From Prorocentrum cordatum (Eukaryota), in the NCBI GenBank assembly GCA_963575745.1, contig CAUYUJ010000201.1, forward strand, positions 1 through 64,000: a stretch of 64,000 nt of DNA, read 5' to 3'. Positions 41,654-52,640 of this stretch are shown in pieces (position 1 is the first letter of the stretch; each line of letters starts with the position of its first letter). The position numbers and the translations under genes are program-made. Under the pieces are notes generated by a model. The model ran no database searches and was not told the origin of the DNA. It worked only from the letters and a program-made list of their open reading frames with translations.

Positions 41654-43549
41654 GCCGGGTACCTGTGCGCCGCCAAGCGCCGCGCCCTCGCGACCCAGGC
41701 AGCGCGGCCGTGCCCCCTGCCGGAATGGAGTGCCCGAACGCGGCCACAGATCTCCAACCCCCTTCGAAGAACAGCGCTGCTGGCCCCCCGGTGCGGAGTG
41801 CCTGCGTGCGAGAGACACGAACTGCGCGCGGGCCCTGGGTAGGCAGGGGGCGGCAAGGGGAGCCCATGCCTGGTCGGCCCGGCCGCGCCTGAAGCAATGC
41901 GCCCCCCACTCCAATGCCCTATGGAGCCCGAGGTGGGCAGCGGCGAGCTCGACGCAAGCCAGCCCGTCCACGTAAGAGACGCCCGGCAGGAGCTGCTCGC
42001 CGGGCCGGAGCGAATGCCGAATGATGCAGACCGCACACAATCGTTTGCCCTGGAGCTGGCATACGCATACCCTCCAGACCTCGCGATGCGGGGAGCCCGG
42101 GGCGCGCCCCGCCGCGCGCGCGCGCTCGGCCCGCCGGGTCGGGGGCCACTCCCCCCTTCCGCTGGCGGAATTGCACCTGCACCTGGTGCTTTCCTTCGTC
42201 TACGTGGAGCGAGACGGCACTATGCCCAGGCGCATTCAGCCCCACTACTTCGGAGCCGAAGCGCAAGCAGAACTGCCAGCATATGACGAAAGCGTCGGCC
42301 ACATCGCCGCGTCCGATCTGCCAAACGCCAGGCCCGCGGGCCGGCACGCACGGCAGGCCGCTTAGTTCGAAGAGCGCGCGGCCGCGCCTCGCGCAGCCAA
42401 TCCGACATCGCGCGCACGTTTTCGGCCGTGGCGCGCGCACGAAATCTTTGCGCACCAGGCGGTTCCGCCTGCCGCCGATATCATGGGCTCGCGGCCGACG
42501 CGCGCGGCGGCCGTACCTTTCGGGCACCGAATACCAGGGTCCGCGTGTCCGCCAAAGACCCTGTGTCTGCGCGGAGCAGATGCAGGACTGAGCGAATGCC
42601 CTGCAAATAATGCGACAGGGTCCCCGGGCGGCGACAGAGCGCCACCATCATGTCCCGCGCGATGGCGCACGGCGGCCAGGGCGGGACGCCTGCCGCATCG
42701 CACGCCTGGCCGTACAACTCCACCGCCGAGGCATACGGGCATGCCGAGAGCTTCCACGCGTGGAATTCTCGCCACAGCGCGGCCATCTGGATGCGGCGCA
42801 TGCACTCCAGTCCTGCTCCTGACACCCGCAATTCCTCGGCGCGCCGACGAGGTGTTCCTGGCACCCGCCGCACGCCGATGTCCTGCCTCGCGCGCACCTC
42901 CCGCGGAATGCCGCCTTCGCTTATGAATATCGCGGGCGGAGCCTGGAGTTTCGTCAGCTGGCGGATTGCCTCTGCCAGCATCGGCGGCGCTGGTACCTCC
43001 GCGCCGCGCGCGGTGCACGAGGACGGTGGCGCCGCGCGGCGGTGCCTGCCGTGCCTGCCTTGCCGCTGAGAGCAACGCGAGGGCGTCTTGAGGCGTCAAA
43101 CCCCCGCCGGGCCGGCGTTTCGCGCGCAAGCCCGGTGCCGGTGCCGGGCACTTGGCCGCTTTCTCGAGTAACGTTTCCGCCGCCTTCGCGCCCACGGGTC
43201 AGCGGGCAGCGGCCGGCCTTGCTTGCTCCGCCGGATGGGGCGGAGTTGCGCGCGCGCGCTCGACCTGGGAGAGCGATGCCGCTGCATCGTCCTCCCGGGG
43301 CCGCTTTGCATTTTCGTGGGTCAGCTTACGCGCGTGAGTAATAAGCGTCACGGTGAAGCACTCTGACCACTCCCGGAGGCACGGGAACACTTCCCTCGCC
43401 TCCTTCGCCGTGAATCCGGACAGGTCGGGGGGATACGCCGCTCCTTCGGCTGCGAGCATGGATGTCAGACACTGCAGAGCTTCCGCGCCTACCGGATGCG
43501 AATCATTTTCGGGCGTCCACCGCGACGCGTGTGACAAGCACGCAAGCAT
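41654..43549 (-). pseudogene. Element 2 tyrosine recombinase, intron-containing, catalytic Tyr apparently replaced by His
   Basis: Candidate introns: 43184-43264, 42997-43054, 42835-42897, 42469-42516, 42318-42387, 42080-42134 and 41802-41869. Spliced motifs: FCLRFGSE (R), RQRKG (K), CVC-x7-CAVC, GAHCFRRG (HxxR), DQ|ALRTGG...GGWRSVAAFGH (expected Y at 41730-41732 is CAC). Confidence 0.86.
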
Positions 43550-43642
43550 GGCGCCCGCGGGCCCCCTCTCGCGGCGGGCCTGGTCGTCACGCGCTCGCCG
43601 CGCAAGCCTTTGCGCCCCCTACAAATTGCCCTGTGCTACTTG

Positions 43643-46631
43643 CTATGCATGCCCGCGCGAATGCCAGGGCGCCGCGCGGGGCCATGGCCACGCCACTCGG
43701 GTGAAGCCCTCGCGGTGCATGGCCGCAATCGCGGCCGCCTTCGTGGCGGGCCGCGTAGGGGCGTCTGCCACGTTGAGCGCGGATGGCACATACCACGCGC
43801 TCAGGAGGCACCGCGCGGTCGCTGCTGCGAACCAAATATCTGCCACGAGCGCGTTATAATCTGCCTGGCGCGAGGTCCCGCGTAGGAGCACCCCGAGCGC
43901 GGCCTGGCGCGGTCAGCGGAGCATCGCACGGGCAGCTCGGCGACCCGCGGCCGGCCGCGCCTTCGAATCGACAAACAACACGATTTCCGCATCGCGCAGC
44001 GTCGCGAGCAAATGATGCAAGGCGCAAACGGCCGCGACGAGTTCCCATGCCGCGACCTTTCGCAACACGGCGGGCTGTCCGCCAGGCTACGCGTGGCCGG
44101 GGCGCCCCCCGCCTGCGTCTTGCGGTGCTTCGTCCACCGCTTGATCGACGAAGGCACATCAGCCGCTGCATAGTGCTTACCGCTGGGCCCAATGATGACC
44201 CACGCGAGCCTGCGGAGGCGGGGCGGGCCGGGCAATGCGGGCGCCGTTCCAAACAGGCGCGCGCGCATGTCGCCTGCCGCCGCCCGTCGCGTCGGAATAG
44301 ACGAGGTAGCGTGGCCGCTCCGGGGGCACCCGCAGGGGCACCGCTCGTTCCGGCGCGCTCCGGAGGAAGCGCAGCCACCATTCCAATGCCCCGCGGAGCC
44401 GCGACTTCAACCTCCATCCCCGCTGCTGCGCGTGCCAGAACAGCGGGGCGAGGTATACCCGGGCACCTGCCGTCGCTCTCGCGCGCGCGCGTCGCTCGCG
44501 CGCGGGAGCTTGGGCGTGCCCTTGCCGAACACCGCAGAGGAGCCCCATCCGAGTCTGCCGGCAAGTTTTGATGCCGCCGCCGGCGACATTCTCCCTGCCT
44601 CCAGCACCCACTCGATCTCTTGGATCCATTTGTGGCGCTTGTCGCCACCGATCGCGAATACTAACGAGAGCTCATCGCCCGATCCGCGCACTTCCGCGTC
44701 GACGCCGAGCACAGTGGCCCTCGGCTCGGCAACAACGCGTTTGCCGGCGTCCAGGCGCCAGCCCAAAAGGTCTTCGACGACCGCCCTCAGGACATCTGCG
44801 GCATCGCGGGGGCCGCCCGTGCCGGGCCCCCTGTCCGCGTCGGCCCGGAACAGATCGTCCGCGAATCGGCCCGAAGCGAGCGAGAACAGCTTGGCAAGGA
44901 TGGCCTGCCGCGCTCGCGGGGCGCTCGCCGCGCCGCCGCGGCGCTCGCGCCTCGCGCCTGGAGCGCCGCCCCAACGCGGTCCCAAGCGTATCCGCTGCCC
45001 ACGGCGCCGAAGGGGCAGCTCAAGAGTTGCAGACAGTAGCCCTCGCGGGCTCACTTGGCCCATACCGAATGGGCCAACGGGAGGTCGGCGCCTCGCACGG
45101 GCAACGTTTTGCAAGCACCGATGAAATCTTCTTTGCTCAGCACCGGCGCGCCGGCCGCGGCCGCGATCCGCGCCAGCTCGACCAGAGCATCGAGAGAATC
45201 CACCCTACGCGCGGTCGCGGCGACACGGGAGAGCGGACAGCGCGCGCGAGGGGCGGGGGGTGGGGAAAGGGCCCGCCTGCACCTCTCGGCTGCGGCGGCG
45301 CAGTCATTGACGCCCGTGGCAGTGAAATCGTCGATCGCGCGTACCTGGACGCGTTGGCTCCCGGCGCGGCGCCCAGGGGAGGGGACGGTGCATGCCGCGG
45401 CGAATGCGCCATTCCTTGCGTATCCATTCTTCCAACTTCCAGCGCCATCCCTCGTCTACAGGGAATCGCGGGTTTAACACCGCCCGCGTGGCAGGTCGGA
45501 CAACCGGACCCACGCTGCCTGGCCCGCGGCCACCTGCACGCTCGCGGACGTCGCAGCATGGGCGACTGTCCCCGCTGGCTTGCGCGGCGCGCGCCTCTTC
45601 GTATGCTTTATCATGCAAAATCTGGGTGACTTCCACGTCGGCCCCCAGATCCCGAGACACGCGCTCGAGGGTGGCGGCGTTCAAAGTGTCCGCTCGGCTG
45701 CGCAACTCGGATGGGCATTCGGCTCCCTTGGGGGTCACGGGCGCGTTCATGCCCGAGCGCGGCAGGACCCCCACTAGCGGGAAGCCCCGCTCCAAGTCAC
45801 GCGTCCAATTCTCGTCGGACGCCTCAAGCACGGAGCCGCGCCCCGCTGTCGCGCGCGCGCGCTGCGTCGCCGGTCACCCCAGCAGCTTGCATCATTTCGG
45901 CCAAAAGCAACAAGTTCTTGTCAGGCCCAAGGACGGAGCGCACATGCCATGGTAACTTCGCATAGCGTGCCTCGCCCAACCGCGCTCTCCGCCGGTGCTT
46001 CGCGGTAGCGGCGTGCCGGGCGGCGCCTTCCATTCTGAAGCCGTCACACGTTTGCGCTCCCGCCAAAATTGCAACACCGCCTCGCGCCTCTCTTGCAAGA
46101 GTGCGTCGCTCGTCTGGCTCGCCGCCACCGCCGCATCGCGCTCAGGTCCCGCAAGCGGCGCTATCTCGCGGACTCGCGGCAAGTGTGCCGCCCAGGCGGC
46201 GTGGCGAAGAGGGCTCATGCCCGCCCTCTTGTCTTCGTCGTCGAGCAACGCATCCACGGCGGCTTTGATCTGCGCGCGCGCTTCGCGGCTCCGCCCCCGT
46301 AGAGTGGCGGGCAAGGGCCTCTTCAAATGCGCAGCCGGCATCGTGGATTTGCTGGGGGCAAAGGTCGCCGCCCCCGCCTTCGGCGCCGTCGTCGGAATCA
46401 ACATCCGCGTCCTGCGCTGCGCTCGCCGCGGGCGGGGCGGTCTCGCGCGCGGCGCACTGGCGGCGCCTCCGGCCCCTCGGGCGACGGCCCGCGCCACACT
46501 GCGCCCTCACCGCTGTCGGCAGGGTGCAATGGGGAGGCCCCGTCGTCTGCATCACTGGCTGGTGCGGCGTCCCCGCGGGGGGGCGCGCGCGCGCGCGCGG
46601 AGCGCGCCTCGGGCGGGCGAATAATTAGCAT
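43643..46631 (-). pseudogene. Element 2 reverse transcriptase-RNase H, intron-containing
   Basis: Candidate introns: 46412-46466, 46270-46318, 45971-46026, 45823-45877, 45534-45594, 45345-45414, 45205-45276, 44905-44957, 44467-44519, 44210-44273, 44057-44112 and 43904-43960. Spliced motifs: DLERGFPLVG, WIRK|VRAIDDFTATGVN, KEDF, CPFGA, AALQ|AILAKLF...RFADDLF, SKLAGRL, YSDATGGGR|LAWV, KTQ|VAAWELVAA, LFVDSK|AALG, YVPSALNVADAPTR. Residual lesions are a TGA at 45051-45053 and a 1-nt loss near 45483. Confidence 0.9.
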
Positions 46632-46653
46632 GCACAGCGCCGGCGCCCTGGCT

Positions 46654-48323
46654 TCACCACCGCCAGGACTCCTTTCGCTCAGGCTTGCGCCACGAGCTCC
46701 CCGCGTCCTTGGGAGCCCCTCCCTTGCCGGCCTTTCCGCCCCCCTTCTTGCTGAAGGTATCGCGGCGGGGGCTGCGCGAGCGCTGGCGGAGGACAGGGCT
46801 CACCGGGGTCCGTGGCTTCGCCGCCTCGCGCGCCGCGACGCGTGCTCGCGCACGCGGGGCGCGCGCGCGCGGGCTCGCGCCTGGTCGCGCCGGTCGTTGC
46901 CGCCTTTCTTGCCCCCGCCCTTGGCGAACGCCGCCTGGCGGTCCGACTGCTGGACTCTCTCCAACAGCGCGCAGCGCGATGCACGATGCCAGGGCGGCGG
47001 CCACTCAAAAGCGCTGCGCTCCTTGGCGGCGCGCAGAATGTCCCACGACAACGCAGTGAACGAGGCCGTCGCATCCTCGTCGCCGTGTTCCAGGTCTTTC
47101 GCCACTTTCTGGCGGAGAAGCAAATCGTACGTGTAGGAAACCTGGACGCGGCGCGGGCACCCGCGCGCGGCTCCCTGGGCATCGGGCCCGCCGCTCCGCG
47201 GACGCGCCTTGACGCCCCCGTGCTCCTCGCTCACGCGCGCGAGCTGGTACATGTATCCCAATAGCACGACGGGATCAAACACTTTGGACAGGATGCAGCG
47301 AAGCCCCCACTCCTTTACGTGGGCCTCGCGCCACGGGGCGCGCGTGGGCGCGCGCGCTGCGCTGCGTCGCGCGCGACCTGGAAGTGCGCATAACCGAGAA
47401 AATCCATTCGGTCCAGGGCCGCACCCGCGCGGTTCGCCGCGGCGACGGCCGACGCGCGATCGCGCCACGAGCCCGCCCCCGCTGGCACCGAGTCCAGCTT
47501 CGGCATTCGCGCCCATTGGGGCTTGCAGTGGTCCTGCGCGCGGAGCAATCGGCGAAACGGAAGCTTGTCATTGCACGTGCCGCCGAGCAGGGAGCCTGCA
47601 GGCTCTCGCCCTCGGCGCTCCCACTGCATGAGCGGCCATGGGACTGGGCCGTCCGGCCCGCGGCCGCGAATTTGCGCATCGACTCCTCGGCAATCCCTCA
47701 CGGGGGAACTTGCCGAGCCAGACCTTGCGCACACGGTCCTGCCGAGGCGCGTATCCCCGAACAATGCCGCCCGCGCATGCGAAAACGCGGCGCGCCTCCA
47801 TGGCAAACGCCAGCGGCTTCTCCCGCTTTTCTTCGAGCAATTCCTTGCTGGCCTACACGTATTCTTCCATTGCCGCCGCAATCCGCGTCGTCTCCTCCGC
47901 GGGCTTGGCGGCCGCCTCCGCCGGGGCCGATTGCTGACCCTCCTGGCGGCGCGCCGCGCGGCGGCCCGCGCCCTCGCGCACCAACGGGGCGGGGGCCTTC
48001 CGCCCGAAGGCTTCCATCGCTCGCGACTGTGTCCGCAGCGCCATATTGATGTGGCACGGCTTAATCGCGAAATCGCGCCACTCCGCGGAAGAATCGCCCG
48101 CAAACGGCTTCGCGCCTGGCTTCAGGGCCGCAATCAACCTATCGCGCATGGCCGCATCCGAGTAATCAATCGGGCGGACCGCCCCGATCGCTTCGGCCAT
48201 CAGGCGCGCGACCGTGGTGCACAGCACCAGCTCGGGAGCTGGCGATGCGTCCCCCTCCGCCGCGTTGGCCGCTGCGACGAAGAGGACCCAATCGGCCTTG
48301 CGCGCCGCTGCGAGTGGGCTCAT
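46654..48323 (-). pseudogene. Element 2 gag-like ORF, intron-containing
   Basis: Candidate introns: 47943-47996, 47739-47795, 47534-47595, 47325-47377, 47142-47207 and 46825-46880. The spliced product reads ...SAEGESLQ|DHCKPQWAR...GYAHFQ|AHVKEWG...EEHGGVK|VSYTYDLLLRQ... Residual lesions are a TAG at 47853-47855 and a frameshift near 47687. The start codon is uncertain. Confidence 0.72.
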
Positions 48324-48519
48324 GCCCGCGGTAGACGCACGGAGACGCGCGCGCGCGCCCTGATGGCATTTTTGTCGGTGCCGAATGCGCAGCAGGCAGA
48401 TCGCCAAGCAACTCAACGATGTCTGAGCGAGCCAGCGCCATGGATGCTGCGCGCGCGTCGGAAAGCGCCGTGCACGTATCCCCCTCGGCGTCCTAATCGC
48501 GCGCTGGCGGTTGCACATG

Positions 48520-49080
48520 ACATAACCCGCAGGCATCCAGCGCAAGAGGGCAGGCAAACGCACGCCGCAGGCATACTGCGCACCGGGGCTGACAGGCAGC
48601 ATCCGCAGGCATACTGCGCACTGGGCCGGCATACGGCAACCGCAGGCGCGCTGCGTACAAGGGCCGGCACACGGCACACACTTGCAGGCATACTGCAACG
48701 CACGCAGGCATACTGCGCTATGGGGGGGGGGCCGGCATACGGCACTCGCAGGCATACTGCGCTTAATGGCCGGCATGCGGCGCCCACTCGCAGGCATACA
48801 GCCGCGCGCGCAGGCATACTGCGGAGAGGGGCTGACAGGCGGCAATCGCAGGCATACTGCGTACAGGGCCGGCATTCGGCATTCGCAGGCATACTGCGCA
48901 CAATGGCCGGCGCACGGCACACACTGCAGGCATGCTGCACAGAGGAACGATTGCCGGCGTACGGCATCCGCAGGCATACTGCGCACAAGGGACCAGCATA
49001 CGGCGCGCACTTGCAGTACAGCGCAGGGGACAAGTGGCCGGCATACGGCATCCGCAGGCATACTGCGCACTGGGTCGGCA
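48520..49080. repeat. Minisatellite with core gcaggcatactgcgca, upstream of element 2 gag
   Basis: More than a dozen imperfect copies of cgcaggcatactgcg at roughly 35-45 bp spacing. Confidence 0.85.
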
Positions 49081-49179
49081 TTCGGCCCAGGATGACCCGT
49101 ACTCATGTGTGTCCTGACCTTCGAGCCGCAAAACCGACGAGGGACGCAGGTGCTCTCCACGAAGTAGACGCGCGGACCT

Positions 49180-49465
49180 GTGGGGGAGGAGGGGAGGGGA
49201 GGAACCTGCAACGGGAGAGAGAAGCGGCGGAGCGGCCAAGCGAACGCGCGCGCGGGAGGAGGGGCGAGGGGAGGAACCTGCGACGGGAGAGAGAGGCGGC
49301 GGAGCGGCCAAGCGAACGCGCGCGCGGGAGGAGGGGGGGGGGGAACCTGCGACGGGAGAGAGAGGCGGCGGAGCGGTCAAGCGACGCGCGCGCGGGAGGA
49401 GGGGGGGGGGGGAACCTGCGACGGGAGAAAGAGGCGGCGGAGCGGCCAAGCGAACGCGCGCGAAA
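49180..49465. repeat. About 70-bp tandem repeat, 4 copies
   Basis: ggaacctgcgacgggagagagaggcggcggagcggccaagcgaacgcgcgcgcgggagga repeated. Confidence 0.9.
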
Positions 49466-49686
49466 AACGCATCCCGCCAGCGGGACGGCCACGCGTGAGA
49501 CAAATCCCATTCACCTGCGACGAGAACGCGCTCGCGGGCGCGCAGGGTGGGGATCCGCCTCAGCCGGGAATAGCCGTCCCGCAGCATTAGAGACAAGCAA
49601 GAAGATAGCCAATAGGGGCCACGACGCTCGCGCGACTTCTCCCCGCGCTCAAATGCTGCCCAGAGCGCCCATAACAACAACAACAA

Positions 49687-49717
<31 letters not shown>

Positions 49718-49819
49718 AACAACAACACCAACAACTGCAACTACAACTACAACTACAACTACAACTACAACTACAACAACAACAACAACAACAACAGCAA
49801 CAGCAACAACAACAATATC

Positions 49820-51634
49820 AATCAGTTTAAAACTGTTCGCCCTTATCTGATCGAGTGTCCAATGACGCGTATTCCCCAAACCCTCGATACCCGCCCTCTT
49901 CGTCTTCGATCGAACCCCTTTTGGGGGGTAGACCTTTCTTCCCTGCTTGGCCCCGGCAATCGGCGGGGCGGCCGCGGACCGTCGGCATGGCCAGCGGCAG
50001 CGCTGATCGGCGGGGCGGCAGAGGACCGTCGACCCGACCCCAAGAGGGACGGACAGGGGACCGACCACGACGACGACGTCGACGACGACGGCGACGACGA
50101 CGACGGCGACGACGACGACGAGCGAAAGCGAGAGCGAGAGAGAACGACAGCAGGGCCACAAGGACACGAAGTAGGCCACGAAGGGCGACAGCGGGGACAC
50201 GAAGGGAATGCGTATGGGGCCACGAAGAGCGCGAACGAGCGGGGGCCACGAAGTGCAGATAATGCGGGGCCACAGAAGGCAACTATGGGGCCACTGAGTG
50301 TAGCAACTGGGCCACGTAGGACAGTGAGGGGGACACAAATGGCGACAGCGGGGCCACGAAGGGCATCCACATGGGGCCACAATGGGGCGAACGACGGGAG
50401 GCCACGAAGGGCATACGCTTGATACTGGGACGCGCGAGAGCAAGGACGGGGAGCACGAGCGGCAGCAAACGGGCCACGAAAGGCAGCGAGGGGGCAGAAG
50501 GGCAACCGCGAGGGCCACCGAAGGGCATGCATATGCGGGCCACCACCGGACGCGAACGAGCGCGGGCCATGAAGGGCATACATATATGGGGCCACGAAAA
50601 CAGGCGAGGGGGCCACGAAAGGATGCAACGGGGCCACGAAGGGCAGCGAGGGGACCACGAAGGGCTGCAACGGGGCCACGAAGGGCTGCGACGGGGCCAC
50701 GAAGGGCAGCGAAGGGGCCACGAAGGGCTGCAACGGGGCCACGAAACAAAGCGAGGGGACCACGAAGGGCAGCGAGGGGGCCACGAAGGGCAGCGAGAAT
50801 GTCACGAGGGGCTGCAACGGGGCCACGAAGGGCACAAAGGGCTGCAAGGGGGCCACGAAACAAAGCGAGGGGGCCACGAAGGGCTGCAACGGGCCCACGA
50901 AGGGCAGCGAGATCACGATTCATAGGTACTCTGTGAGGGAGTCCTAAGCGTGAGCGCGACTCCTGGGTGCATGGGTGTCGGGAGCGCGGCGCTTGAGAAA
51001 ATTGCAAGAGATTCCAACGCAAGGGCGCTATTCTTTAGTAGATTGCAAGGAAGCCTCCAATGAGAGCGCGATTCCAGCACCGGGAGAGCGATTCCTAAAT
51101 ACATTGTACGGAAGTCCCAAGCGAGAGCGCGATTCCTGAACAAAACACGAGGAAGTCTCGGGCGGGAGCGGGGGTCCTAGCTAAATTGTGAGGAAATCTC
51201 AAGCGGGAGCCGTTATTGTTGTAACCCGGGGGCCAGGGGCCCAGTTTGAGCCTCAAGACTTTCCCTGATTAAAAAAAAAACTGGGTGCGAGCGTCGAGGG
51301 GCACACTTTGATTAAGACAATATGATATGCACCGGTGGGGGGATCAGCAATAATTATTCTTCAGAAATGAAAATTCAACAACCATTTTAAGACTGTTCGC
51401 CCTTATCTGCTCGAGTATCCAATAACGCGTATTCCCCAAACCCTCGATACCCGCCCTCTTCGTCTTCGATCGAACCCCTTTTGGGGGGTAGACCTTTCTT
51501 CCCTGCAGGCCCGGCCCCGGCAAGCGGCGGGGCGGCCGCGGACCGTCGGCATGGCCAGCGGCAGCGCTGATCGGCGGGGCGGCCGCAGACCGTCGACCCT
51601 ACCCCCAGAGGGACGGACAGGGGACCGACGAGGA

Positions 51635-51687
<53 letters not shown>

Positions 51688-52373
51688 GCGGCGACGACGA
51701 GCAGAACGACAGCAGGGCCACGAAGGACACGAAGTAGGCCACGAAGGGCGACAGCGGGGACACGAAGCGAATGCGTATGGGGCCACGAAGAAGCGCGAAC
51801 GAGCGGGGGCCACGAAGGGCAGATAATGCGGGGCCACAGAAGGCAACGATGGGGCCATTGAGGGTAGCAACTGGGCCACGTAGGACAGTGAGGGGGTCAC
51901 AAACGGCGATAGCGGTGCCACGAAGGGCATGCACATGGGGCCACAACGGGCGCGACTCCTGGGTGCCTGGGTGTCGGGAGCGCGGCGCTTGAGCAAATTG
52001 CAAGAAATTCCCATGCACGGGCGCTACTCGTCAGTAAATTGCAGGCAAGTCTCCAGCGAGAGCGCGACTCCAAATCGCCGGGAGAGCGATTCTTAAATGC
52101 ATTGTAAGGAAGTCCCAAGCGAGAGCGCGATGCCTGAATACAATAATTACGAAGAGGTCTCGGGCGGGAGCGGGGGTCCTGTCTAAATTGCAAGGAAGTC
52201 TCAAGCGAGAGTCGTTATTGTTGTAACCCGAGGGCCAGGGGCCCAGTTTGAGCCTCAAGACGTTCCCTGATAAAAAACTGGGTGCGAGCGTCGAGGGGCA
52301 CACTTTGATTAAGAAAAATAATATGCACTGGTGGGAGGGATTAGCAATAATTATTCTTCAGACATAAGAACTC
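49820..52373 (+). repeat. Two tandem family B elements (49820-51377, 51381-52373) with an internal ggggccacgaag minisatellite
   Basis: Both carry the family B 5' motif and the shared 3' terminal motif. Confidence 0.85.
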
Positions 52374-52551
52374 AACAACAACAACAACAATAATAATATT
52401 AATAATAATAATAACAATACTAATATTAATAATGATGATAATAATAAAAATAATAGTAACAAAAATAATAACAAAAACAACAACCACCACAACAACAGCA
52501 GCAGCAGCAGCAACAACAACAACAACAACAACAACAACCACAACCACAACC

Positions 52552-52600
<49 letters not shown>

Positions 52601-52640
52601 CCACAACCACAACCACAACCACAACAACAACAACAGCAAC

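Larger units (their letters stand above)
41654..49670 (-). mobile_element. Element 2: intron-rich tyrosine-recombinase retrotransposon (gag, RT-RNaseH, YR), 3'-truncated
   Basis: After removing about 25 short GC/GT/GA-AG introns, three consecutive ORFs with RT, RNase H and YR motifs appear. No terminal repeats are visible. The boundaries are taken from the flanking duplicated block. Confidence 0.88.

Noticed and set aside
47523..49850. 775-aa plus-strand ORF and other long Arg/Ala/Pro-rich ORFs
   Set aside because: They are antisense or off-frame shadows of GC-rich element 2 and tandem repeats.
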